Shown piece by piece: positions 22,785-36,633 of a stretch of 64,000 bases of DNA. The translations under genes and the position numbers were made by a program. The notes under the pieces were generated by a model. It worked only from the letters and a program-made list of their open reading frames with translations, was not told the origin of the DNA and ran no database searches. The stretch lies in assembly GCA_010909165.1 (NCBI GenBank), contig MU008169.1, positions 2,046,001-2,110,000 of the forward strand, given 5' to 3'. The stretch is from Anthoceros angustus. Lineage: Eukaryota; Plantae; Anthocerotophyta. How positions within the stretch are numbered: position 1 is the first letter of the stretch; every line of letters starts with the position of its first letter.

Positions 22785-23498
22785 TCATCGACTGAAAGCG
22801 GCTGAAAGCCTTCTCGAAATCTGGTCCAATCCCATCCTCGGAGACAATCTGGGAAGCAATTCCTGCAAGACAACCACATCAGCGGACAATCAACACTAAT
22901 TCTAACCCTATCCTGAGAATCAACCAGCAGAAAAAGGCACCAAACCCACAAACCTCCGTATCGTCAGCTCTGATCCTAGCTAACACAGGAATCTCGTATT
23001 GATAGGCCTGCTCCCACTCGGGATTCGAGGTGATGTCTCGGACCTGAGATCAGGCACACACAAGGCATCAGCACAACAACACTCCGTGTCTGAACATCAC
23101 ATGCTCCGGGGGAGGCGGAAAACCTCAACGCGCACTCCGGCCAAGGGCCCGTCAGACCCAAGGGCCGCCACCTGCTGCAGCTTCTCCTTGAGCCCGTCGC
23201 AGAGGCAGCATCCCTCCTTGCTGTAAAGGACCAACCTTTGGTCCGGAGCCTGCTGCACCTCCTCCACCGATGCAGCACAGAAACCCCGCAAGGCTGAACC
23301 GGACACGGGGCTCGGCAGGGATCGGAATGACGACGACGGCGATGTCGCAGAGAAGGATTTCAATTGAACTCGAGTGACTATGTGTGGACCGGCAAGCGAA
23401 CAGCACAGCCCGCGCCCTACATTGCTCCTCGACAAGCCCACAAACTCGCCACCACTTCTTGCCAGGATGCACATAGCGAGCGATCGAGATGACGACAT
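22785..23498 (-). CDS. Glutaredoxin-like protein (DUF836 family) with transit-peptide-like N-terminus
   Basis: Exons 23498-23124, 23043-22954 and 22862-22785 give LVLYSKEGCCLCDGLKEKL|VRDITSNPEWEQAYQYEIPVLA|ELLPRLSPR...AAFSR*. Confidence 0.9.
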
Positions 23499-23681
23499 GG
23501 AAAGGAAGAGGATCGCAGATGCCCCACTTCAATTGCCGAGAAGAATATCCCTGAAAACGAGGGTGTTGTACATAAACATGTAGAAAGCAGAGGCAGAAAA
23601 GAAAACGTGGGACCTTTCATTATTTGTACATCTGTTTGCACAAATCAAGCGCAACATAGCTTGATGTCGGTCAAGCACAAA

Positions 23682-24490
23682 TCAGCTAATTTCTGTAGGA
23701 CTCACAGAGGAAACTCGGGAACAGTCCTCACAGACTGAGCTCCAAAGAGTGCACCCGTGGATACCGCACGAGCTGAACTCTAACTCCAAGCAGTTTAGAA
23801 GACTCGTCAGCGAAAGCACCTCTTCTCGCAAAGAGGCAAGTTCAGCAAATGCCTCACGGTAGCTGGGTGACAACCTTGCCAGGGAGTGGTAACAGAGGCG
23901 GGCCGTCGAATAGGGTGATATCAGGACCTATGCATCTTTGAAAGGATAAAACAGGCTTCGAGGGGCCCTGCGAGCTGGGAAATGAACTGTCAGTAGACTC
24001 ACAACGTCTGTGACCAGCTGCAGAGCAGTTCAGATGCAAGAACTAAACCTAAGCGTCACATTCTAAGCCCCCTAACAGCTACAGAGGAGCACTTCATTGT
24101 ATGCCCCCTCATTGGAGATCAACCATCACGAAAAAGTTGGTGGCCGCTCAAGCAAAAAGGCACAGTACTGATCTTTGTATGCACAAATAAAAGCTCGGCA
24201 TCCATTCCCAAGCGAACGCTGTAGGGGATGCAAAGCAGAACTTAGTGCAACGACACCACCCAGGGCCACATACCATTCGAAGCCAATCACTACGAGTGCG
24301 TAGCTTACAAGAAATGCCGAACCGTGTTGGCGATACGAAAGCTCCAGATTGCCACGGTCCGACCTGCGAATGGCTCTCCTTCCTCGCCTGCTGCGCGTGC
24401 AAATTCTCAAGCTCTGCGCCTAGCTCTCCTTCCTTGCCTGCCGCTCACCCGCCAGAGGATTGTGCCCTTAACAACGAAGGCACCTAGTGG
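23682..24490 (-). other. Possible small spliced gene of unknown family
   Basis: Acceptor GCATAG|GTC near 23929 opens VLISPYSTARLCYHSLARLSPSYREAFAELASLREEVLSLTSLLNCLELEF...* (stop at 23682). Upstream exons are not resolved. Confidence 0.3.
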
Positions 24491-24607
24491 GAGTTAGGGC
24501 AAGCCGTCGAGGTTGTTACCCCAAGATCAAGTTATCTTAAGTGAGCGCAATGGCATCCAGTTTCACACAGGATTATTTATTTCCTTTGCCATACCTTGGG
24601 AAGGAGC

Positions 24608-25327
24608 ATGATGGGTGCTGGGTCTTCCAGGACAGTGGCCGCCCTAGTCTTGATGCTGGCTCTGCTTGTGGAGTGGGCTGCCGTCTCGCACGCCAAGGCC
24701 GTCAAACCCGCTACTGTGAGTGCATTATCTGGATCCTGTGTTGTAAGCATGTGAGTGGATGTGTTACATGCAGAGTTCAATCCGCTCAAAGACATGATGG
24801 TGTTCGTTCCGGCAGGATATGGAAGTGAGGGCCAAGAAGCTGGAATGCATGGAGGATATCGATAAGTATGGCTGACTGAGTTCGCAACCGGAAAGACTGT
24901 GATATGAAGCCGTTCAGGAAGACAAATGTGTCTCACGCGGCTTGTGCTTTCTTATCACAGTGGTATGTGGGGGATGAAGTGCAAGGCATCGGCGATAGAC
25001 AGGGAAAATTGTGCCCTACGATGCGTTTCTGCAGCGTGTTATCAGCTCATCTATGCCGCGGATCCGGTACTTCTACCTTTCTCCCAACGTTTAGCTGCTG
25101 CATGTAAAGTCCGAAGCTCTGACCTGATGGCCAAGTGACGGTGCAGCTTGAAGAGGGCGAAGTGGAGTTTCATCGGGGTCGAGATTTCAGGATGTGTGTT
25201 CGAAGGTAGGCTGCCGTTTGTGTGAGCCTGCCTGCCTGTCAGTTATGTAGGGGTCCTTAGCTTCGGTGCACCATGTTTCAGGGAGTCCAGGGGCTTGCCT
25301 ATCACTATGGAGAACCTGTACGAATGA
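24608..25327 (+). CDS. Small secreted cysteine-containing protein, DUF4787 family (~122 aa)
   Basis: Exons 24608-24715 (signal peptide), 24816-24865, 24961-25066, 25147-25205 and 25282-25327 give KKLECMEDIDNGMWGMKCKASAIDRENCALRCVSAACYQLIYAADP|LEEGEVEFHRGRDFRMCVRR. Confidence 0.88.
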
Positions 25328-25921
25328 AGGAAACGGTTGTTCTAAAGCTGAGAGAGGACTTGGAGACTTAGCTTCTGACTGAAAATCATCGAAGGAGGAA
25401 TAGAGCGGAGATTTCTGGCCTCGAGCAAGAATTCAGTGCACTGTTAGGTGCGCATGTCTTCTCACCTCTTCATGTTCGTTTTAAGCGTCTCTTGTTCACC
25501 GGACCAGTCAGGTGGTGGCAGGGTTAGCCAAGTTTCTATAGCCATTTGTGTAACGTGAAGGATCTTGCAGCACGACTGCAGAGAGTGAGACGTTTGGTGG
25601 ATCAACTTTTTCAGCCTCGGCTACTGAGTTCATCTGATGAGTAGTGTAGGCGGTTTTATAACATATTACCTTTCGTGTGCAAAGTTGTTCATGTCGGGAA
25701 CTTTTCACATAGATCAAATCAACGTTGATGCTTGCCGTGCTGGCATTAAAATATGCAGTGGCACGTTCATCAAGGGAAGGGATACAGAGCACCTGCGACT
25801 CTATGGCCTAGCCCAGATTGGAGACTATACCTATCTCCAAGTGCCAACTTCGGAAAGGTCATCTTTACTTCAGACACACCTGCAAGGTGTCAAAAGGCAT
25901 AGGATTTCCACGTCTTGAAAG

Positions 25922-28322
25922 TTAATTTGACAAGGACTTAAGAAACCTACTGAACGACGACAGTTGACCCATAGCCTTCGCCAGCAGGGAGGGTTCCGAC
26001 TCCTCGTTGCCGTCCCTTCCGCCGGTGAAGAATAGCACCTGCAATATGACATGCGGTGAGAAACATTCCACGACCCCCCTGCCCTATCTTGGGACAAGTC
26101 ACAAGGCATGTTTGGCCTACATCAAGGTCGTCGGGATCCGGGCGCCGGACAAGCTCTTTAGATAGTAGATAACGCCCTGGCCTTTCCTTGTCATCAAGAA
26201 ACACCTGCCACAGCCTGTTGAGCAAAGGGCCTTTAGAACATGCCTTCGAAGTTGTCCGAAAACATCTGCAGATTGGGGTGAAGAACTAACCCGGGATATT
26301 TTCTGAATATTGCGCCGAACGACAGTGGCCTCATGGAATAAACTACTGTAAAAGTGCTGAAAGCAACCGAATGCAAATCCAGGTTGATAACGGCCAGTTC
26401 CAAGCCTCAGCTCCAAAAGTTTTGACTAGAGGACGAGATGGTACCTTAAAAAGGACTCCCGCATCCTGCGCACATTAAGGCCAATGCCTACATCCCCGCT
26501 TACAAGCCTAGGATTCCACATCACGAGTGGCCTCCCCTGAAGATGAAGATATAGAATTATGAGGAATATGAGAGCTCAAGAATAAAGACATGTTACTACA
26601 AACAAGCTGGTAGCAACAAACTTACGGGACCATCTGCACTATCTGCAAGGAACGATGCGATCCGTTGAACATCTGCAAGCATTTGATAATCTGGCGCAAC
26701 CAACACTACTAACTCATCGTCAATGGAGACTGGCCTTCTGTCATTACAGCTGCCAATGCACGAGGAGAAAATAAGGAAGTATGCTAACAATGGCAGACAA
26801 GTCCACACTCTGCTGCTCGACATCATGAGCAAACAGCAAACACCATATGCTAATACAACCCGGCTACGACAGCTGATCAAAACCCGACATGGAAAAAGCC
26901 ATCCACGGGCACTACGACCTAAATTGTCTGGACGCATGCACGTAGGAAAAAAGACAGGCACATACAGTAAAAACTGTACCTGCCAAAGCTGAATGACACT
27001 TCACCCCAACGGGACTTCACAAGAGCAGCTGATCCAGCATCAGGAAATATTGCTTTTACGCGCTGCACACAAGCTGCATATCGTCAAAAGCATAAAGCAT
27101 AACAGCACAGCACCATACTTTCCACTAGTTAGCTCGATCGAATGCAAGATTTCGAAGTGCAGCTCTCCACCAAGGTGAAAGTAAAGCGAGCACAACAGCA
27201 ATGACAACGCCTGTTTACCTGCATCCCCAAGGCCTCTTGCAAAGTCTCAAGGAACAATCTTGATAAGTTCCACAGCTTCTCTTGAGCACCATCTTCATTG
27301 AGATTTTCCAGTTCCGGCAGCAAAAGCTCCGTCTACCTTGTTGCCATACAAAATTGAGAATCAGCAGTAGCATGGACGACACACCAGATCCCTAACCCAA
27401 GGACTTCCGACAGCATCTGAAGTGAGACGTAATAATGGAGTTTGCAAGAGCATGTTGTGCCTGGTTAACCTCATCAACACATGCTCTAGAAGCTGGGGTC
27501 TGATTTTCAGGCTCGTGCATTTCCGCAGCTGTTTACTTGCCATGCACCATATCTCTCAATGCATGGCTCGGCCAGCTGCACCTAGCACTACATGCTGGAC
27601 ACCTAGCAACCGTCAATATCTGCCCTAATCAACCTCCTATTCGTCTTCCGCACAGGAGGGCTGGTTGTTCAGGCAATGTCTTTCTGCGACCCTAACCAGT
27701 ACCGTATGACTTGCTTCAATCACACAGTTCGGCCACTCGCAGACCTCCTTGACCTAAGCTTCACGAATAACAACCCTGAGGCTCAGCAAGCACAAGGACG
27801 AGGCGACTCTTACTATGGCCCGCGTGCCACCAGAACTGATGTACAAGGCAGCTGCTTGTGCAGATTGCACGACGGCATCCTCCAAATCATTCGGAAGCAC
27901 GCTATACACCACAACATCTGCATGAGTGAAAAGAGTAGGAGTTCCTCCTTTCAATGCGGTGCTCTCTCTTTGAATACAATCCTCCTACGCTGCTGCTGCT
28001 AAAACCTTGAGCTGGTAAAACAGCCATGAAAAGCTCACCTGTCTTCCCGGGAGTCCTCGTCCTCTCCATCGCCTTCCCCCGCGGTCTCTTCATACGTTTC
28101 ACCATCCAAAGTCTTGCTACCACCAAACTCCTGAAATTTGGCCCCTCGGGTCACGTCCCGCTTGCCTGATGCTGCAGAGAAGAGTCCGCCCGAGCGCAAC
28201 GTGACGCCCGCGGGCCTTCGAGTAGGGGACTCCACCGGCCATGTCGGTCTGCGCACGTTTCCAAGGCTCGGCGCCGGCGGGCATGCTCGTGAGAGCATTC
28301 GCGGAATGCACTGGAGCGCCAT
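25922..28322 (-). CDS. Plastid-targeted DUF1995 family protein (LPA3-related family)
   Basis: Nine in-frame exons: 28322-28039, 27901-27814, 27332-27219, 27062-26980, 26749-26626, 26536-26445, 26356-26291, 26214-26121 and 26038-25922. Motifs: AIFPDAGSAAL, VLVAPDYQML, RPLVMWNPRL, VYSMRPL..GAIFRKYPG.WQVF. Confidence 0.9.
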
Positions 28323-28781
28323 GATCTTGAAGTGCCGTCATGGCCGCTTTTGGTTGTGACGTTGTAGGTGTTCCGGAAGGATGTATTAAGGTCCGTATGT
28401 ACATCAGGAAAAACGGAGTCATTATCTTGTACATCCAAGAAGCCTTGAATCTTACAATATAAGTCATAGCTTCCAGAAACCAAACAAGCTGTTGGACCTT
28501 TCTAAGTCTCACACTAGCTACTTCTGTAAGAAGCAGGCGTGGCAGCAGCCAGAAGGACTTAAGTCCTGTATTCACAACCTGCAGAGGCTCTCCATCTCCG
28601 TGGCGACGCTCCACAGACATGCACATAATTATATGCATGGTCCTAGTCAAGTGGTATGTATCCGCACGGGTAACAATGTGTTACCACATCGTCCAATGGC
28701 CCACGTTTTCACAACTACATCCTCGACACCCCTGCCGCTCTTGTACAGTTAGCCGTAGAACCTGCTCCCAAAGCTTGCGAA

Positions 28782-31700
28782 TCAGGAAGCCGCCACAGAC
28801 GAAGCTAACGAGTGCCTGTCATCATCAGTGGACCTTAAGGCACTAGCCATCTGCCTCTCCACGCCTCGTACATTATATTGCTCATGCACCCTTATCCTAT
28901 TGTCTTGCCACCACTGCTCAGCTTGTCTTTCACTGAACCTCTTCCTACTGCACAATCCACAAGCCTTTCATCAGTATCCACACAACAGGCTAACGCTGTG
29001 TGTGTACGTGCTCCCAGAAATAGGGCGGACACACGAGCAGTCAGCCTACTTGCCTCAACCGCAAGTCAGACCTGTAGAATCAGATTTATTGATGGAGGCT
29101 CACAAGGAAACGGTGTATGTACCTGAACCTGACTCGCTTCAAATCCTTGCCACCACCTGGTAAGGCAGTCAAAGTGATATATACTCCGGCCTCTACTTGC
29201 TCAACCCACTCAGTCCCCTGATCATGCCCATTATCAGATGTGCCTGCACTACTATGCCTCCCTTCTTCAGGTCTTGAGCTGTCGGGTCCATTGGAATCCA
29301 ATTCCACTGACCTCGCCGCCTTTGGGAAAACAGTCCTGCTTTGTACAAAGATAGCTCCTTCACCCACTGCCCGAGGGCTGCTCACACCATTAGCATCTCC
29401 ATCTCGTATGCTTGAGATTGTAGATACTGGAGGCTGCATATACTTCCTTGCATTCCCATGTGAACCTTCTAGATCTACAGCAGCCATAGAATCAAGCACA
29501 GCTGGTGGATGGAGGCCATTTGGTGGGTCATGCCGACTGACTGCTCCCACAGGCCTTCCTTGCTGGTATGCTACTGTTGGCAGTCTCTCAGCCATATCTT
29601 TCAACTGAAAATGGTCAAAAACTAGTAAGTCGTCTTACCTTATTACAACACTATTAATGCAGGGGTGATTTAAAGAATAGTGAGAACCAGAAATCCGTCA
29701 CAAACCTGGGCAGTCATTGACTTGATAACTTCTTTCGCAGCTCTGCACTTAGCAGCCTCCTCTGCAGCTGCAGCCTGAGCTTCCTTTGTCTTCTGATGGG
29801 CTGATTGCAATTCAGTCTCTTGACTTTGGCATTTACTTGTGAGTTGCTCAACCTGATGGGGTACATCAACAACCAGGGTACTACCATCTACCGATCATTT
29901 GCGTGTCAAGTAGGCATCTTACAGACACAAGAGACTTCGTACACAGATCACAAGGTGGTACACAGATCAACAAGGAGTACACATAAATCACAAGACCATG
30001 TCAACCTCACCAAACAAGTGAAAGACCGTACCTGCTTCAGCAACCTCGCCACCTCCTCTGTTAAATACTCATTGCTTCGCTTCATATCATCGACGACAGA
30101 TTTTGGAGCAGTCAGACCAGATCCTGTTGGTGTTGGGGTGGTTGACCGAGGAGGACTGGGCCGCCTCGACATTGGGGAGTGGGATCTGGAAGCCATACCA
30201 GCCGAGGGCACTGCAGGTAATGCTGGAAGCTGAGGTAATGGAGGCACATAGGACGGATTGAAAGAAGTCGGGGGCATCACTGAGACCCAACTTGGTAAAG
30301 CACTAGGAGCGGGAGACACTCGCCTCGAGGAATCAGGTTTCTTACTTCGTTTTGTGGCAGCCTTTCCTTCCATCTGCTTCACCTGTTCACTTGGTAGAAG
30401 TTTTGGGGAAGGCACTTGTGGCTTAGGCACCTTAGGATCAACCTTATCTTGCCTTTCTTTGCCGTCTGGACGCCTTGCCACACTTATCTTTTGTTTTCCT
30501 GAAAGAGATTGAGGTCCTGCTTGACTGTCAGCCACTTTCTTAAGCTTTGTATAACATGCATCACAGACACGGTATGGCCGATTAGGATTTGGGGCCAGTG
30601 AGGCTCTGTGTGCCTTTTTTGCACTGCAGGAGTGGCAGAACCCTAAACCACAGTTGTAGCAGTTGTGTCGTTTCCTGGTGAATGTAAACGGATGCTTACA
30701 ACCCGAACAAACTGACTGGTCTGCACTTGACACCCACTTGTGCAGACAAATGGCAGCTGTGAAACTCGAACCACATGCTATTGTCTTCACTTGCTTGTCT
30801 TTCAGTGCCTCCACCAAGGTCGGCACATTTTTGTCCTTGGTATCCCCATGGCCGAGCCTCCCATTTGCACCTTTTCCCCAAGTGTACACCTCAGTCCTTT
30901 GAGTCAACACAGCAACATGGTGAGAACCACATGCAATTTCTTCGACATAAGACTCCCATAACTTTCCTCCAACAAGACCTGGTAGTTTTCCATCTGCCTG
31001 AGGGTCTCCCAGCTGTCCACAGAAAGTACCACCCATTGTGAAAACCTGCCCTAAAGTGGTCAAGGCAACAGTTAGACTCGCTCCACAGGCCACCTGCCGA
31101 AAGTTGTGCTCAACAACCGCAGCTACACAGGTGGGAACAAGCTTCTGCTCCTTATCACCATGACCAAGACGACCTTTGTCACCATCCCCCCATGTGAAAA
31201 GCTTACCAGAGGCGCTAGTGCTCCCACTGGTGCTAACCATTACTTCTACAACTGCGGCTGTATGCCACACCCCACAAGCAGCTCTAACCGTTTTCAGACC
31301 TTTCAGAGATTCCACCTCCCTTGGGGAATGAGCGCTCTTTGTGTCTCCATGACCCAAAACTCCAAATGTTCCATCTCCAAAAGTGAACAGCTGACCGGCT
31401 GAAGTGACAAGAGCTGTATGCCATGGGCCACAAGCTATGGATGAGACCCTTATTCCCTCTAGAGGTCCACCTACTTTCTTTGGTACCCAGTGGCCAGCTA
31501 CACCTCCATGGCCCAAAAGCCCAAAATTGTGGGTGCCATCACCCCAGGTGTACAGGTCCCCTGAAAGTGTCACAGCAGAAGTGTGATACTCACCACAGGA
31601 AACAAATTCGATGTTGATAGCAGACAAGGCCTCCACGAGCTGAGGCTGAGACACATCTTTATCAACCCCATGACCCAGTCGCCCACCTGATTCCTCTCCC

Positions 31701-33520
31701 CAACAGAAAACCTCTCCCTGTTTGGACACCAGAGCTGCATGTCGGCCCCCACATGCTATGTGGTGTACGTCAAGTACCACTGCTGAGTCTAAAGGTTTTG
31801 GGAAAAGTGCATCCATCTTAGCGCCAACTGCATCGCCAGATCCAGCTCGGTATGGACCCCCACCCAGAAAACCATCGCCAATACCTTCGCCCCACATGAA
31901 GACGTCACCTAGAGCATCATTGTCGTCATGACCTGAACCCTGGCTTGAAGAGCTTACTTGGCTGGACATACTCATTCTGAATGCTTCCATTGAACCACCT
32001 CGCATTGGGTTAGTCACAATATCTGACCCAACATCAGAACCTGCAGAGTGAAGCGATCCGCCAGCCGAGCTGGTGTCCAAAAATGCCCTTGAATCACCTA
32101 CCCAGACTGATGAGAACCCCTTGTCTGTTATGGGTAGAACTCGGGGAGGACTCTCAAATGGACTCACGGTTTTGAAGCCCTCACTAGAATCCTGTCAATA
32201 CAATACGAAAAGGCATTATGAATTTTACTGCCATCATGTCTAGACATATTGATAATCCCAACCAGTACGCCTGAAAATTAAAGGGGGTACTAACATGGAA
32301 GACACAAACCTGTGGGAGGCTGTCAGTACTGCCAAATGGGGAACCAAGAGGAGAGCTTTTCCTGGTGCGGTTAACTGGACTATGGGAGTCGAAACTCAAA
32401 ACGCCATCACTTCTGGAGTCAACCTTCTTGCGTGACTGAGCTCCAGCAACCAGAGCCTTGAGTCCAACAAACCATACCTCTGCTTCATCCTTGTCCTTGC
32501 AGATCTGGAGAATAGTGGAAGGATCTAAGTGCCAGATATATCCAACAACAGCAAAAGAACTTGAAATAGGCATTTAGTGTGCCCACAGAAAATGGCAGGG
32601 CAGTACCAAATCAAGAGATCGTTCGTCGTTCTGATAGATTAGAGAAAACGACTGGTACTCTTTCTCTGGCCGTGGATATCGCTGAAATATCAGCTGCAGG
32701 GTGGTGTAGACGACATCCACAAATAGCAAAAACAATCAGAAACCTTCAGAGAGAGGACGCAGAAGGCGACTAAGCAGCAGAGAGGAAAAATAGGTGCTCA
32801 CAGTTCGCTGGCCAGGAACAATTCTTGAGACGGAGTTCAACTTCAAAACTTTCTCTTCCTTTCCAGAATACCATATCAAAGATGTTTCATCCTGTGACAA
32901 GCATGCCAGAACGCTTAGCATTGTTTCAGTGCTAGTGATAGAGATGGAGCCACACTGAAATGCTTCAGGCCACTCACATTTGACAGCCTAAAAGGACAGA
33001 ACTTTGGCTTCCCCCTGCGTCCGTATTTCAGTAACTGTGCACCCTTCTTCAACGCAGTGATTGCCTTCACAACAGTTGATTTCAAAGATTAACAACGGTG
33101 AGTTTATCAACTGACATCCGCTCATCCTAAAGTGCGACGTCAAATGAGCTACAATCTCTTGCGTAGAGCAACAACACCTCCTTGCACGCAAAATGCATTA
33201 GAGGTGTCTGCATCAAGCAGATAGCCGCTACTCATAAGTTGTACGTCAAGAAAGTGAAGCTCACTGCAAGATGCTCATGTCCACCTGCTTCACTAGTGAG
33301 CAGCAGCCACTTCCAAATGCCAATCGAAGAGTAGTTCTTCTTCGTATGAGTTGAGACTAGGCGTTTGGGAGGAAGAGCCACAGACAAAGCTGACCAGGAC
33401 AAGATAAACAAGCTAACTGATGCGGCACCCAAATACCAGATCCAGAGCTAGCAGATAGCATCCGACATATACCTGTTCAATGTCACGCTCAGCAGGTCCA
33501 TTGCGTGCGAACTCTGCCAT
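28782..33520 (-). CDS. RLD: PRAF/RLD family protein (PH, RCC1 repeats, FYVE, coiled coil, BRX), 1153 aa
   Basis: Exons 33520-33473, 33064-32978, 32891-32802, 32693-32607, 32504-32310, 32191-30032, 29852-29706, 29604-29123 and 28947-28782 total 3462 nt. Motifs: [18 protein letters not shown]1 repeats, [50 protein letters not shown]. Confidence 0.96.
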
Positions 33521-36500
33521 TCGCTGTACAGGCCTTGCGTATTGCATCAAGCGCCTAGCTCCTACAGAGAGCCCTGGATCTGGGAAGCTCCAAGTCTGAG
33601 ACAGCCAAGCTCCTCATCTCGCTTGTCCCACATTCGGCAGTAAACATCCTCTGCTAGGTTTTTGCCTAGTCCAGCTGGCCCTGAAAACCATCAACTGTCG
33701 GGAAGCAAGCGAGAGCCGGTGCAAGTTACCGCTCCTCGGCAAGCAAGCTCCACGTTCCCTTCCCTAGTACAGCACTCGAGGCTGTTCACCATCCAAACCC
33801 TCACACAGGTCCCTGCCAACAGCACACCGAGCATGCCGAGCTAACGGGTCACACAAACATTGGCTCCTTCACAGCTACGCTCAAAAGCTCCTCCGGAACC
33901 TCCAAACACCTTAGCTCCGACACCACCGAGGATCCCTCAAGGTCTAAAAGCAGCTGCCCGTAAGCACCCCTGGCCCCCCGGCTACAGTCCGCAAAATAGT
34001 ACAATGTCAAGAACCCCGGCCGCGACACCCGGTCCCCCGGCACAAGACAGATTCCGCAAGACCGGCAAGCTGCGGGATGCAAAAAAAGGAGCTCACGCTA
34101 CTCACATTCGACGTGACCTACGCATGCCGTTGCAACGATCCGAAACCCTGGTGAGCCAGGGCAGCTCAGCTGCTTCCTTCCCCTAGGGCCGGGGCGAGCT
34201 TCCTTCCCCGCACACATATTCCTTCATCCACACATACACAACCTCCCTCTCCCCGCCTCCCACGGCAGCGAGAACCTGATCCAACCTCCCTGCTTCAGCA
34301 CCGCGTCCTCTAAGCTTTCATCCGACGGTCCCCCGGGCTGGCTGCTTGAGCAGAAAGCGCGTAAAACGAAAGCAAATGCGCTGCCGCATACCACATCCGG
34401 CAGCGGCAGCAGCAGCGGCAGCAGCAATTCACCACAACGACGTGATCCGGCCCCGGCTCCGGCTCCTGCCTCTGCTCCGGCACCTGCTCCAATTGCTCCC
34501 AGCTCCAGAAACAATGCGAATTCCGTTCCAGCCCCGCACCCCGGGCAATTGCCATGCATTCACCGCATTGCCGCTGCGGATCGGAGCGATCCCTCCTGGC
34601 CCCGGGGAATCCTCAATCCCTGCTCCCGCAGGCCTTCCTCTCGCGCTTCCCTCCGGACTCGCCCTCCTTCCTCGCGCTCTCGCACCGACAGGAGCTGCGG
34701 CCCGCGGCAGCGGCGGCGTCGGCAGGCGGCGGGCAGAAGGGCGGAGACGAGGCAGCGAGGGGGCAGCAGCAACAGCGGCAGCCGCACCTGCAGGCAGAGG
34801 CAGAGGCAGAGGCGGACGCAGGCCAGGCCAGGCTCATCAGGTAGGCCAGAGAGGAGGCGTCAGACGGAAAGAGAGAGGAAGGAAGGAGAAGCAACAGTAC
34901 AGCTGCTATGCAGCAAACTCTACCCAGACTTGCATGGAGAGCCCGGGCGAAGCCGGGCCCGGGCCTGGCATGCGCGGAACGGGACCAGGCACGCGCCCGG
35001 TGTAGGGGCCATAAACCTAACGGACAGCCCATGGCTTCGTCTGTTTCTGTTGCGGATTTGCGGTACGGGCCACGGCAGGGCAGGGCAGGCCAGGACCCGA
35101 CGCAATCGCAATGTCTCGGGAGCAGGCCCTGTGTAAAAAAACAGGTGATGTGTATGTACTAGCTAGCTATTGTATGCGAGGAGATAGTCAATCAATGTGG
35201 CACGAATCCTGGTGCGGTTTCGGGGACGGGTTCGGGGCCCGTTCCGTTCCGCACGTTCCACGACGGGGAGATGCCGTTTCGAAACGGCCATTCTGGCAGC
35301 GGCAATTGATGGCGCGGGAGTGGCATCTGCCATGGCCGCCTGCGCGGGCGCCATCATGCTACGCAGCACCAGTCTGCCAAGCGGCACACATGCCTCGTGT
35401 CGCATTCCTTCTTCCTCCTCTGTCTGCTAGCCTTACTGCGGCTTGCGAGTGCGGCGTTGCGGGGTTAATCGGATGAGCAGATCCTCTCCCGCTCGCTTCC
35501 AGGATCGACATGCGGCGGAGCTTCATCTTTGCAACCCTATCTACACGTTTTGGTAATTCAAGACGGGGCTAAATCAAGCGCTAAGCTCCCGCCATCGCCG
35601 ACCAATCAGGAGCCGCCCTTGCCAGCTTTTCATGTATGTGGTATCCAAACTTTGGATGTGCAGCTGGCTGGCCTGTGAAACTAGCTGCCGTCTTTACGAT
35701 CATCTCCTTCTTTGGCTCCTGTTGCGGCTGTATTCGTCAGATCACAGCTCCTGCTTTGGCTCCTTCTGCATTGCTTCTTCGATTGCACGATGCCAATCGA
35801 TTAGGTAGTACATTATACATGTGTCTGTATGTGCGATATGCATGATGTGCATGTACATACAAGACATCTCCTTGTTTGTCTATTGGTTTGTTTGTTCGTT
35901 CGTTTGTACCTAACCGCACGCTTGTGGTGAGCCGAAGGCGCACACCAGACGCTAACCCTGACAAAGGCTTTCTATGCACAAAAAGATGTACACATATACG
36001 ATCCACTTTTTCAAGATCCTAACCAGCGTCCCTGCCAGCCTGCTTTGGAAACAGCATCGAGATCGCACACGGCGGCAGGACAGACACACAGACAGAAGGC
36101 GGAGAAGGTTCAGGAACCGGAAAGCGGTGGCAGCCGTTTGACACAAATCTGCTACGGTTTCAGATGAAGCAGGCACGCGCATAGAGAAAAAATCTGACCA
36201 CACCGGCTCAAGCTAGAATACAAGTGGAGCCAGGCTGTGGGCGTTTCGCTCGGGAGACTGATTTTGTGTTCGGTGTGTTGGTGGAGCCACTTATGCCTCC
36301 GAAGTCCAAACCCCTGTAAAGAAGTCCTGTTGGCAGTGCGTCGTACGTGGTAGGGAGAAGCGTGCCTTTGATCTACGCGCCAACGTCATCCTGACCTCCA
36401 AGATCTCAGTTCCCACTTCTGAGATCGTTCCCGGATTTCCCCTACCAGGATTTGACGATCATTTACTGGAGAGAGTTCCCGCTTTCTGCCGCGAGGATTA

Positions 36501-36633
36501 AGCCCCGGGCCACGTCGCGATTTGATTGGTCTCTCGCCATGTGCACGACATGTGCACCATCAAGTACTCCACTTCAAACTCAACAGAGCAGGTGGGCAAG
36601 TGCTACTTCAGATGCTGGACGGCCCCGCACCTG

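Noticed and set aside
22745-22951. N-terminal extension of the 361-aa LRR ORF as a real start
   Set aside because: It begins at a non-ATG codon inside the DUF836 intron and overlaps that gene's last exon. It is kept only as part of the fusion hypothesis.
35822-35866. Short imperfect hairpin TGTCTGTATGTGC...GTACATACAAGACA as a miRNA precursor
   Set aside because: It is too short and low-complexity. I found no match to conserved plant miRNAs I can recall (156, 160, 166, 171, 319, 408) in the intergenic regions.
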